In this document: positions 13,040 through 25,224 of the stretch, one piece after another
Numbering within the stretch: position 1 is the first letter of the stretch
How the letters are laid out: the number at the start of each line of letters is the position of its first letter
Source of the DNA: Camelus ferus
Lineage: Eukaryota
Reading direction: 5' to 3'
NCBI RefSeq assembly: GCF_009834535.1
Contig: NC_045696.1
Location: forward strand, 76,448,001-76,512,000
DNA: 64,000 bases
Notes under the pieces: generated by a model
The model's database searches: none
What the model saw: the letters and a program-made list of their open reading frames with translations, nothing else
What the model was told of the DNA's origin: nothing
Position numbers and translations under genes: made by a program

Positions 13040-13560
13040 AGTTAGTCAGAACTGTTCCACGAGGAGGCGGCTGAGGTACCCGCCGGGCCAACAGGCATCT
13101 GAGGGCTTCCTACACCTACCTCTCTCTGGGCCTCCACCTCCACGGAAAGGAGGCGGCTCTGGCGGATGTGGGCACTTCCACCTGGAGCTGGCTGAGGAGA
13201 AGCCCCAGGGCGCCCGGGGTAACGCTCGCAAACGCAAAACCGGCGAGGCGCCCTCTTCCAGGACCTGCAGACGCCACTCCAGGCCGAGGGGGACGAAACC
13301 CCGCACGTGTGGAAGCCGCCGCCGGCGCGCAGACGGCCAGCGCGGGCTTCCGGGGCAGCCGGCCCTGAGGGGAATGGCGACCACCAGACTAACGGCCAGC
13401 CGCCGGCCCCCAGACGGGGCGGGGCCAGTAGCCCTTCCAAGGGCGCACCCGGAGCTCGGAGCTCGACTGGAGCCTCCGGGCGCAACGGCCCTTGAGGGGC
13501 CCCTCTGCAACCCCCTGGTGTCAGGGCTTCTGCCTGAGCTTCTCTCTGCAGCCACCGGGC
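13040..13560. promoter_or_regulatory. CpG island / candidate bidirectional promoter
   Basis: Dense CpG and high GC, not recognisably repeat-derived. GC box GGGGCGGGGC 13416-13425, ETS CTTCCGG 13347-13353, E-box CACGTG 13304-13309. Strong 5' splice donors point away on both strands. Confidence 0.85.
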
Positions 13561-15066
13561 AGCTTTTTAACCTCCCTGGAGCCCTCTCCCAAGCCGTGGA
13601 CAAAATGGAAACAGTAACGCTTTTTTGCAGTAAAGAAAAAGAAAAAAACTGTTTTATTGCTTGGCCGCAAATATAACCGACACTGTAAGAAGCGGCACTA
13701 CATTATAGCGACTATAGGGGACCTTGTGGCTCTAAGTTAACCTGTGGCACATTGTCCAGCTGGATGGGGAACTAGCCTTCGGGAAAGGACCCAAGGAGGA
13801 AGTCAGAGAGAGGAAAGACACTAAAAGTGGAGGGAGGTGAGAACCAAAGCAGCTGTACAAAGGCCCAGGACAGGGTTTGTAATTGTGGGGAGGCTCATTC
13901 AAGGGGGCGTGTTTCCCGCCACAACCACCCGCAACCCTGTCCCCAGGAAGTGGGGAAAGGGGCAGAGCTGGGGAAGTGATGCTGTGGGAGCCGGTCAGAG
14001 AAGAGGCAGGCCTGGCTTTTTCTCAGGAGGCGCTAATTCCCTTTCCCTTCTGATCAGGAAGGCTGCTCTGTGCCCACAGCAACTTTCCCTCCACTTCCTC
14101 TTTCTTTTTCTGTTCCTTAACCTCATTTTTGTTGCCGCCTCCACTCATTTTCTTTTTTCCTCTTCTACCAGCCCCTAATTCAGATGGAAGGTTTATTATT
14201 GTCTGTGTGTTGGGGGAGGAGGGATCTGGGGATGGGAGGGACCGGGATCAAAGTTGTCATCTCTTCATAGAGAAGGAAACAATTTCAATTCCTTTGATTT
14301 CATGCCTAGACAGCTAAATGGATGTGAACACAATTGGGAAGGGGGGAAAAAAAGAACTGTTCCACTACCTTTTTCCCCACTCTGTACTAACTAGTATTGA
14401 TGCCAGTGTCAGAAGTGGCTTTCAACATTGAGTTTTTGCAATTTTCAAGCTTTTGAAATTGAAGAACTCATTTTCAAATCAATTTATCAGGAGCAAAAAA
14501 AAAAGTAACATTATTTGCATTAATTTTAGTGTATGGATGTTACCATTGTGTTCAATGTTCAGGACCCTTGAAGGATAACAGAAAATAACTTTATTCCTTT
14601 CTCCTCACTGCCCCTGTATGCCCATTCTTTGGGGCTGGTGTTCCCTTTCCTTTGGGTGTAATTCAGTGCCAACCTTTTCTGGTTGTTCTCAGACTTAATG
14701 AAGAAAATAAGAAAGTCCTTTACTCACTGTACTCCTCCCAACAATTTAAGTTCAGTTATTAATCTGATGAGACCATTGTAACCAAAACTCTGAGCTCCTT
14801 TCAAAGTTAATGTCTCCACTCCCCAGTGAAGATGGCTTTAGGCTGGGCCCAGGGGCAGAGAAGGGGCTTTGGGCTGGCTGAGTCTTTAGTTTCCCACCTC
14901 CTTCTCCCATCTGCTTTGCCCCAGCTAATCAGTGGGGTTTCTGACAGTTCCAGAAAGAGTCAGGAGAAAGAGTGGAGGCAAAGAAGCAATGTCAACAGAC
15001 ACTGTCATGGGTGACACGGGTGCTCACTGGGCCTAGTCAGTATTTAAAGTTGACTGTTTCTCTCAG

Positions 15067-15137
15067 GGGTGTTGTCGTAGGTTCTTGGAAGATTCTCTCA
15101 CTTCTATGGACTTTCACCTGCTGTTCCTGTGACAAAG
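15067..15137 (+). other. Candidate internal exon of a divergent + strand transcript
   Basis: Acceptor ttgactgtttctctcag/ and consensus donor AAG/gtaagt flank 71 nt. Confidence 0.4.
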
Positions 15138-16059
15138 GTAAGTATATGTCTTCATATTGGTTTCTAGTGAGTCTTCCATCAGTCCTACCTCCAGCTTTTT
15201 CTGCTGAGGTCTCCTTGCTACCCTAGATGGCTGTCTTAGGTAGAACCTAAGGCAACTGCAAGCTAGTTCTTTCTCTTTCTTTGCTTTCACCTGGTCCACA
15301 GAAGCATGCCCCTTTGGTCTTCATTCAAAGGGAGTGCAGTAACTTCCTACCCCACAGTCTTCCACTCCATGCGAAGGGCTTCAGCCACCACTTGCTCTAG
15401 ATCTCTCAAGGTGGAGTCTGATGCAGGCCCACAGGGTCTCTTCAAACCACAGGGGCACAAATCAAGTACTCCAAGTGGTCCCCCAGAACCCCTGCTCACA
15501 GATCATGGGGTGAGGGAAAAGCACCTCCTTTCCCCTCTCCATGGGTAAAGGACACTAACAGCATACTGACAACTCTCTCTAAAGAAATCAAATTTCCATC
15601 CATTCTTGACCTCTTCAACTTTAATCCTCTTGTAGTCCAAAGAGGGTGAGGGGGTTGAGTTTGCACAGCTAGTTTCCACATCTTTTTGTTGATTCCATAT
15701 AGTGATCTGGTTTCTCCTTCAATACATTTTAAGTTATAACATTCGAACTAAAATGCTATTTAGATGAACTCAAAAATTTGAAAACAAGAGTTAAGAATGG
15801 GCAAAGGTCTACCTCCACCTCCAAGTCAATTAGGCATTTGTAGAACCTTAGAAATGCCTGCATGAAGCTATGCCACTGACAAACACTAGTCTGTTCAAGC
15901 TCTTCAATTAGAAAGGAGGAGCCTGGGGCCTTCATGAGTTAAGAGGTTTGCTCAGTCTCACACAATTACAGGCAGCAAAATGACACCCAGATCACAGTCC
16001 CTCCACGCCTACTCCAGTAACGGTCTCCGCCAGCTCTTCTGACTCGCAAGAAACATAGG

Positions 16060-16290
16060 AAATTTGCATGGGTTAGGCGGCCTCTGTGGCCCTATAGTCA
16101 GAAGCCTGGCCTCAAATCCTGGCTCCTCCCTCACGTCTGAGTGATCCTGGGCAAATCTCTTGTCCTCTAAGCCTCTAGTTTCTATCATAAAATGACATTG
16201 ATGACGGTATGAGGAACATAATGGGTAATTTATAGGAAAGTACTTTCCAAACTGCTATACCTTGGGCAAATGTTATTTGCCATTATTATG
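16060..16290 (+). mobile_element. MIR SINE
   Basis: AGTCAGAAGCCTGGCCTCAAATCCTGGCTC...GTGATCCTGGGCAAATC..CTCTAAGCCTC. Confidence 0.75.
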
Positions 16291-18189
16291 ATGATATTAG
16301 GGTGATCACAGTTTGTTCAGGATAACCTTAGTCTTAGAATTATTATGAGATTTATTATAAGATCACTAATCTGTGATGGTCTTTAGTCATAAGAAATGTA
16401 TGAGCTAAACAAGTTCCAAAATTTTTCATGTAACCTTTCTGCAGCTATAAGGCTATTTCCTAGCCTATTAAAAATAAATACATTTTAAAGAGAGTGGTGC
16501 ACATGTTTTACTAATACAACAGTGTTAAAGAGCAAAAGAGGACACGCACATTGTGTCTATATCCCAGGGCTGTAAAAAAAGCTAGACAAACAGAGATTGC
16601 AGAGCACCATGGACGTCACCGCAGACCTGCCAAAACCCGTCCATGGCAAGAGGGCTTTCACCCCCCAAGGCTGTGGAAGGGGAAATGGCTTTTCTCCAAG
16701 GAGTCATTCGATAACAGACCACAAAGTACCCACTTCAACACCATGTGGCGCCTGGGAGTTTTTCTAACACGCAGAGAACAAATACACACCAGGCCTCTGC
16801 CCCACCAGGAGCCAATGGACCTAATCAAAGTCAAAGGCGTCGAGATGTCAGGGGTCATCCAGGAGCGTCTTACAGAAGCTCAGAGAAAAGGCTGCTGGCA
16901 TTGGAGGGTTCCCCCTGCAGGAAACGCCACCCTTTCTCCTTGCCCTGTCTCCTTGGATTGTAGACATAAACAGTGCTCTTCTCTGACGGAAGAGCCCTTA
17001 CGAAAGAGGGAAAGAGGGCAGGAGAGGAGCACTCAACAGGGGTAAAACTTTAATCTTCATTGTCCTCATTTTCTGAGAGAAATAAGAACGATCAAAGGAA
17101 AAAGTTTCTCTTAGACTGGAAAACTCTAGTAGTTACCATCCAATTTCAGCCTTCACATTAGGGATTATATGGCCAAGCTTATGTTTGTCTTTATTTACAT
17201 TTATTAAAAGCAAGAAAAGCAAGTTTGGAATTAATCAGGAGTAAGTAAAAGCACTGATCTCTGTGATCACTATGTGGGTGGCCATGGTACAATGTGACAC
17301 AGGCAAACCAAAGGGCATGCTGGCCCAGTTAACTTGCCCATAGGCCGCTGGGGTCCTTTATTTCTGCTACTTAAAGATACTTCATTCTGCATATTTTCTC
17401 AACATAGTCATATATGTAAATGACAAGTCACCTGTATTTTCTGCTATAATTTAAAAGAACATGTTCAATGGAGGCACACCAACTTTAATTTTTTATGAAA
17501 AAGTTCATTTTCGCTTTAGCACTAGACTGAAGAGGCTCTAAGGACCATCACTCCATGAGTCCATGAGTCTAGCTGTCTACAGGTCAGGTCATGCTACTCT
17601 AAAGGGCCAAACAGGGCTCAGCCTTGAAGACATAATGTGCAGTTTATTCAGGGCATCTGAGAGATTCTCGGGCACCCAAGCAAGATATGATGGAATGTGG
17701 TTAAACAGGGGATGGGGAAAGCAATGAACATTCTGGAATGTGGCCCTAAGATTAAAATCTCTTAGGATAAAATCTGTGTTCAGTCAGCATTCATTTGCCA
17801 AGTTGGGGGCCAGCTTTGGATGCCCTCAGACTTACTGAGCCACTATCATCCTTCTGTGGCCATGAGACTCTCCCCTGGGGAAATAGGGTCTTAACAATGT
17901 AGGTTCCCACAAGGAGAAGCCTAGTTCCTGGAACATAATAGTGACTCAACACATATTGAACTATAAGATCATCAAACCCTAAATGTATTTTTCATCTAAA
18001 TCCACCCCCACTCATTTACTTCTTATCTCCCATAGGAGCCAGTGCTATACAGACAGGAACTAGTGAGTGAATGAATGAATAAATGTATGTGTTAATAGAT
18101 GCATATTGTGTGATTATATATAAAAGCATTTGTAAAGCTTGTGAATGTAGGAGTGTTTTTTTTCGCTAATGTTGTTTGCTCGAATATGG

Positions 18190-18385
18190 TGCCATTATTC
18201 ATTATGATAAATGCACCTTTATGTTCGTAAGATTTTTTGCTATTTACAAAATGCTTTCACATGCATTACCTTGTTTAACCCTCAAGCAGTGCTGCAAAGT
18301 AGATATTATGATCCCCTACTTTAGATAAGAGGTGATTTGTCCAAAGTACACAGTAAGCACAGATTCTGAAGTTGAACCCAAGTTT
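18190..18385 (-). mobile_element. MIR SINE
   Basis: TTTACAAAATGCTTTCACATGCATTA..TTTAACCCTCA..GTAGATATTAT. Confidence 0.6.
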
Positions 18386-21300
18386 TGCCACATGTCATTA
18401 ACCGTCTTTCCTGGGTTACAGGGTGAATAGGAAGACAAAGGTTATAAGCGTTTTAAATAGTTGCTTGTTTCTGAAGACGTACCAGTGCGTAGTGTCCAAA
18501 TGGGGGAAGTGGCATCTCTAAACTGCTGACAAGCTCTCCCAGCAGTCACCTGGCTTGCGGCTGGCTACATCTGCTTCTGAATGCTCAGCTGGCTTTATGC
18601 CTGGTCACTCAGTAAGACTTACATCTGATTATTGCCCCTTGAGATTAAGATAGTTAGTGAAAAGAGAGAAAATTCAGACAACTAGCCAGTTATTATTTTG
18701 CCTCCACAATGACAAACAACCTTTGGGGTAGATTTTTGCCTTTCGAATTGAGTTGCTAAATTCATGGAGATACCACAGTTATTTCCTCTCTAGTTAAATG
18801 TCAGGCCACAACAAGGAAGCCAGCAGGCTTGAACAGCAGGAGTCAATATAAAAAAAAAAAAGGAGGCCTCCAAATGTGGCCTCCTTCCTAAGGCCCCTGG
18901 TGATCTTTTCTGTGCTAATGATCTGTGTTGTTGGCGTTCCTGCTACAGGCACACTTTATATCCTAGAGCTGAAAGGACCTTAGAAATCATATGGTATGGT
19001 AGTTTTCAAACTTTGAGAAAACACTTTATTTAAATGAACTCTACTATAGAAGCCCAATGAGCTTAAAGAGGAGATGCTGATGAGCCTGACTATATAGGGC
19101 CTTCCCAGCAGGGCTTTGAAAGTTGGGTAACCTGTTGTTTTGCATGTCAGGAAATGAGGCCTGGAGAGCAAAATGACTGAGGTAAAGAACTAGGAAATCC
19201 ACTAATGTGGTTCCGCTACTCTTAGAATTTCTGCATTTCTCATCTCAGTTTTAACTTTCATTTCTGCCTGGAGTCCAGCCTCCTCCCATATCCCATCCTA
19301 AGTTCATCAACTTACACCTGCTTACTATACTCAGAACCACCCTAGCATTCTAGCTTTGTCACCACTGCTTAGAGAACATGGCGTTTCCCAAATGTGCCAA
19401 GATTTAATTAGAATTAATAGAAGCCCCTTTTAAAAATGCCGGTTCTTAGATTCCCTTCTTTGCAGATTCTGATGCAGTTGGTTTGTGTGAAACCCAGGTG
19501 ACTCTCTTTTATCAGTGAAGCCTGGGAGACTCTTGCTGGATAGAATGGGCTGAGGGTGTCCTCTTAGAGAGACAGTAAAGGGTATACCTAAGTGGCCATT
19601 CATCACCTGTAAAGCCAGAGAAGATCTCAGTATTGTCAGAAAATTTTCCTCTCTTCACCATAATCAAGGAACGTCAGTTCTCTCACATAAAGGAAAAACT
19701 TCAAACAAAAATAAATTTCCATTTGCTTTTGAGACCACGAGGTTTTGAAGGTGCATTGCTCTGGGATGTGATGTTTGACTTGCTGCAGTAGGAAGGTGAA
19801 CTTCATAGCATGATCGCCGACCACTACCTCTCACTGTCTGCTTTAGCTAGGTCACTCCCACGCTATGTGCTCTTTGCCCACAGGGCGTACTTCAGGTCCT
19901 TGTTTCCTTCGCTAACCATGGGTGTGCTTCATCCAACTTGCTGTTCTTCCTAGTGCAGCCTGGACTCGAGGATCAGCTATTCCCTTGGTGCACTCACGTA
20001 TCCACTCTAGACTTGCCGTCATGTCTTGTGTGACTATTTGTGGAACCCAGGTATCTGCACCCTAGAAGTCCCCCAGCACTGTACTCCACTGGTACCAATC
20101 TTTCTTTTAACATTTACACTTACCCTTATCACTTATATATGAGATGTGCACCACCCCTTCCATTTTATCTCAGGAAAAATAGTTAAGTATTTATCTTCCA
20201 AAATCTGGAGCTTGTCTCATTTCCTTTCCAGAAACCATGTGGCTGTAACCTGTCTCTCCACCGTGCTTTACTCCGAACCCCTCTACCTTGGTCTCTGATT
20301 GCTTTTCTGCTGATCTTAGAACTAGAAGACCACTCTTTCCTTAGAAATAATGCTGACGTTGGTGATGCTGGCCTCAAAGGATGGGGTTCACAGAGAACAC
20401 TGGGCTTCTCGGTGCAACATCATCTCTTAATTCCCTGCCTCACTATTAACACAGGCTCCCCTGTGAACAGACTGTGAAGAAGATCAGGGATAATTAGAGG
20501 GAATATATTTACAACTGCATGTCCAATATAAGTGTTTCCACAGTTGAAGGTAAGAGGATATTAAACCCACGATAAGGGTTTCCTTATGGACAAACTCCAC
20601 TTCCTCGCCTTGCTTCTGTCTCTTAAAGTCTTCAGAGAAGGCCCCTCCATGATCCTTCACTGCAGAAATAAGAACCCTCCACTCCATGTATTAATTATAG
20701 TTACCCCAGAATGTGTCCCAACCACACCCACATTGCTCCCCAAGACACACACACAAACACACATGCATGTATATAGCTATGTGTATATACCTGAGGACAA
20801 TCCATAGGATAAATGGTCTGTAGCAGCACTCTGGGAATATCACCCACGCTGGGGAGCAAGGGACCTGGGACAGTTTGGGCAGGTTCCAGGGCTCCATATC
20901 CTCTCTATTTCAGAGTCACTCTGCAAGTGTAAGGTGATGCTATACCTCCTTATTCTCTATCACTGCTCCTGTTTGTCTCTGGGTCTCTTATTTTTTTTAA
21001 TTTTTTAAACAATTTTAATTGAGGTATACTTGACGTACAGTATTACATTTTCAAGTGTGCAACAGAGTGATTCACAATTTTAAAAATCTCTGGGTCACAT
21101 TTTAAATATACACGCATGCATGCACACCCATACTTTTAAGGAGAAACAAAAAGTCTCTTCCCTAAAGCCAAGCTAATCTGCAAAACTTTCCCAATAGAAG
21201 GGAAAAATACCATTTTATACAATAATGCAGAGAAATTATAGATTTCTTTAGCCCAACCTCCTTGTTGCAGTCCATGCCTTCTCACCCACAATAATCAGGC

Positions 21301-21429
21301 TGAGTGGATTGCTCAGGTAGCATGTTGGTGGCACCATAAAAATGAGATAAAACCAGTCTTGCATTTTTTCTATTGGGTTATGATTTTATCTTCTCCCAAA
21401 CGCTGTGAGGTAGGTGGAGCACCTAGGGC

Positions 21430-21800
21430 ATATTGCTAGTTGTCTTTCAATATCCATCCTCCCTTTCCGTAGTAATAGAGATTCAGCTGGGCACGTGGCT
21501 ACTTAGCTAAGGACCACTCCACCTTCCCAAGCCCTTCCTGCAGTTAGAAGCAGCCTTGTGACGACTGGTTCTGGGCAGTGGAATGTGATTTGTGCCATTT
21601 TGCCCTTAAAAAGATTGAGCATATACTCCTGGCCCTTTACTCCCTTCCTGCTAATTACAGCAAAAGCAGGCACCTTAAACTCAAAGATGGACAGCCTATC
21701 TCTGGGCTTCTGCAAAGAAAGAATAAGCCTCTACTTTATTTAAGCCATTGTATCTTGGGTGCCATTTGTTACAGAAGCTTAGGTGAACCCCTGGTGAGTA
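21430..21800 (+). mobile_element. MLT1 (MaLR) solo LTR
   Basis: TTCAGCTGGGCACGTGGCT..TTCCCAAGCCCTTCCTGCAGTTAG; 3' motif TTATTTAAGCCATTGTATCTTGGG..TTTGTTACAG. Confidence 0.75.
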
Positions 21801-22529
21801 CAGTGGACATCCCCATAAATGCCAAGTTCCTTGAGGGAGACGTAATCAGTAAGAAGCAAAGCTGAGCCTCAGACCTAATGCTCTAACCATGGAGCACACC
21901 TCCTCCATCCTAAAGAAGTCTTTGTCAGAACTTGAACACTTTATAACAAAGTAGATATATGTTATGAAATGGGACATTTTATTTCATGTCCTTTTGTGTT
22001 TTCCTTGTTTAGAATAGTTACTAATTTTGCTTCTGCTACGATAATGCTATCTGTCTAGTGATTGTCCGCGTCTGCCACAACAGCAGCCTTCACCTAGCCT
22101 GGGAGCTTAAGAGCATAACACACTTTCTGGAAGCAGTGACTTTTTCTCTTTAGTAGGTTCAGCAGGGAGTTTATAGCCTTGAAACTTACATGCAGAAATC
22201 TTAGAACCAACAAGGATAAAAGAGGCTTTACAAATAAGTAGAGGAAATGGAGGGTCCAGATAATGAGAGCTAATTCCTATTGACTCAGTGAATGTAACTC
22301 CTCCTCTCAATCCTTCTCCAGCAGCCCTGCTAAGCCCCACAAGTGAATAAAAGTGAAATGACCTTATCATTGCCAACAAAAAAACACTGGGTGGCAGAAA
22401 TTTCTTTTAAATCACCATTCCTTATCCTTACCAGGATGAATAAATTACCATTTCACAACCTACACTAACTCCATTCAAAGAATGGATGTTATTATTTATC
22501 CTATTTTGAGATTTGCTTTAATAGCTAAT

Positions 22530-22670
22530 AGCAGCAAATTCATATAGCATTCATTATGTTCCAACACCATTCTCTGTGATTTTTTACATATTAACTCTTC
22601 TAATTCTTACAACTCTATGAAGTAGGTACAATTGCTTTTCCCATTTTACAGACAAGGAAACCAAATGCAC
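22530..22670 (-). mobile_element. MIR SINE fragment
   Basis: ACAACTCTATGAAGTAGGTAC..CCCATTTTACAGACAAGGAAAC core. Confidence 0.75.
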
Positions 22671-23919
22671 AAATATACTTTACATGCTCGTTCATAGACT
22701 AAATGTATTTCAGTAGGTGTGAAAAATGCCATCTTCTAGAGAGTTTTTTGGTGGTGGTATGCTGAATGATAGGTGTTGAAGCATAGGCATTCACATCTCA
22801 CTCATCATTTCCCTCCCACCTGAAATTGTACTTCACTGAAACTAACCTGCTTCCTCAGCAGGCAAAAATAAATTATCCAACTGTACTGTGCTTGCACCTA
22901 AAAGCCAGATTATTCTCAGCTGGATCAATGGTTCTTTTGTTCAAGAAAATGGTACCTTCATGTTTTACGGAGCACATCTCCGTGTTGAAAATTTTCATCA
23001 TGTTGTCTGCTTATTATCCATAGTTTTTACCTTAGAACATCTGGTTTACTGCTGTATAAATGTCCACGAGAACTGGAATACTAATACTGATCCTTGTTGT
23101 AGGAAAACAATGAGTAAATAATTATCTTTTGAAATTTGTACTTAATAAGAATCAACCATTCCGGCGGCGGCGCAGATAGAGCGAGAGCGGCCCCCCGCCT
23201 TTCGGGCAGGAACACAGCCCCTGACCCAGGTGCTGGGAGGGGGTACGACCCGCCCTCCTACCCGGTCAGTCTGCCACATCTGACTGCAGCATCCGGAGGG
23301 GCAGCGACCCGCCCGCCCACAGCAGAGAGCTGCACCTGACCCAGTGTTAGGAGGAGGTGCGATCTCCTTGCCGACAAGTGCTGGGAGCAGCACAGAAGAG
23401 GGCGCCAACGGAGGGCCTCTGAAAACAGCAAGCTGAGCTTCCAAAACAGGACGAAGACAGAAAGACTTCACAGTAAAAGCACACAGACTCCAGGAGAACA
23501 CCGACAAATCCCCCCCCCCCTTTTTTTTTTATATCTGTTTTTACCTGTTCTATTTTCTATTACTCTCTTAATCTTTACTTCTTAATTCATTTCTATTTCT
23601 CTTTGGTTTTGATGTCCTGCTATTGATTAGACACAGGTTTCAAATACATCTATTCATCTCCCCCCCCCCTTTTTTTGTAAAGGTTTCAAAAGGACGTCTC
23701 AACCCGATTAATACTCTGCTTCAACTCACTCTTCTATTATTCATTATACACTGTTTTCAAACCCTCTTTCTCCCTTCTTTTAAACTTCTTCTCTCTCTCT
23801 CTCTCTTATTTTTTTTCTTTTTTTCCTAAGTTGTATTCCTAAATAGGCATCAGATAGATAAAATCCTTAAGGACCAAAATAAACAACTGATACTCCATAA
23901 ACCACAGTGCCAAAGAGGT

Positions 23920-24820
23920 ATGAGCAAGATGAAGAAGCAGAAAAACCTTTCCCAATTAAAAGAACAAGAGAAATCCCCTGAAAGAAAGATCAACGAAATA
24001 GACATCGATAGCCTACTAGATCAAGATTTCAAAAAAGGAGTGATCGAATTGCTGAAGGAATTAAAAGAGATAGTGTTTAGAGATATAAAATATGTCAAAA
24101 ATGAAATTGAAGCTATAAAGAAGAGCCAAGTAGAATGGGTAAACTCATTGACAGAGATGAGGAATGATCTAATAGCTGTGCAAAGCCGACTAGATAATGC
24201 AGAGGAACGAATTAGTGATCTAGAAGACAGGGCAATAGAAAGCACCCATTCAGAAGAACTACAAGAGAAGCAAATAAAAAATAATGAAAATAGCATAAGG
24301 GACCTATGGGATAATATACAGCGTCCCAATCTTCACATAATAGGGGTCCCAGAAGGAGAAGAAAGATCAAAGGGGATTGAAAAGGTTTTTGAAGAAATCA
24401 TGACTGAAAACTTCCCAAACTTAAAGAAGGAATCAGATATCCAAGTACAGGAAGCTCAGAGGGTCCCAAACAGGAAGAAGCCAAATAGACCCACACCAAG
24501 ACATATAATCAAGATGGCCAGAGTCAAGGATAAAGAAATGATTCTAAAGGCAGCAAGAGAAAAGCAAAGAGTAAGTTACAAGGGAACCCCCATAAGGCTC
24601 TCAGCTGATTTCTCTACACAAACACTACAGGCCAGAAGGGAGTGGCAAGATATATTCAAAGCCCTGAATGAAAAAAAGATGCAGCCTAGGATCCTTTATC
24701 CAGCAAGGCTATCCTTGAGGATAGAAGGAGAAATAAAGAGTTTCACAGACAAAAAAAAGGCTGCAGGAGTTTAGCAACACTAAACCCATGCTAAAAGAAA
24801 TATTGAAAGGGCTATTCTAA
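23920..24820 (+). CDS. LINE-1 ORF1p (RNA-binding chaperone), one +1 frameshift near the C-terminus
   Basis: Motifs LWDNIQRPNLHIIGVPEGEE, AAREKQ, ARREW, YPARLS. Removing one A from the A8 run at 24751-24758 gives ...FTDKKRLQEFSNTKPMLKEILKGLF* ending at 24820. Confidence 0.93.
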
Positions 24821-25224
24821 ATAGAAAAGCAGCAGGATGCTACAGAAATGAGAAACGCACAACTGGAAAGGTGATAACTCATGAATTACAAATAAAGTAA
24901 ACATGAAATTATAGAAGAAGACATACAAATCACTGAGAGTGGGAGAGGGAGGCAGGGAAATACAGAATATTTTTTTCTTTCTTTTTTAAATTTTTTTAAC
25001 AGTAGGATGGGTTTGAGATCATGTTACTATCAGTTTAATAAAAACAGTTATAGTAATGGGTTGACAGATTTACAAAAAAGGGTAACCACAAGCCAAAAAT
25101 TTACAAAGGAGTCACAAAAAGTAAATAAAATCCATGATAATACAAAGGAAAATTACCAAACCACAAAAGGAAGAAGAAAGGAACAAAGAGGATATACCAA
25201 TTCAACTGCAAAGATAAGTTCAAA

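Larger units (their letters stand above)
1665..13400 (-). ncRNA. Candidate multi-exon spliced transcript (probable lncRNA or long non-coding leader)
   Basis: Donor GAG/gtaggt at 13120. Candidate exons 12593-12414, 11857-11679, 10173-10131 (or to 10058), 7919-7866, 6878-6847, 6685-6631. Terminal acceptor ttgtttttatttcag/ at 2280, AATAAA at 1688-1683. Sequence motifs only, no expression evidence. Confidence 0.4.

Noticed and set aside
12999..13676. Overlapping long ORFs (225, 185 and 147 aa) on both strands
   Set aside because: They coincide with the CpG island, are Arg/Pro/Gly-rich and low in complexity, and the two longest start at TTG. This is the expected stop-codon depletion of GC-rich DNA.
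16551..17045. 164-aa ORF
   Set aside because: TTG start, no domain motif and no convincing flanking splice signals.
23142..23507. ORF0-like antisense ORF in the young L1 5'UTR
   Set aside because: Starts at TTG in GC-rich sequence and has no recognisable motif.
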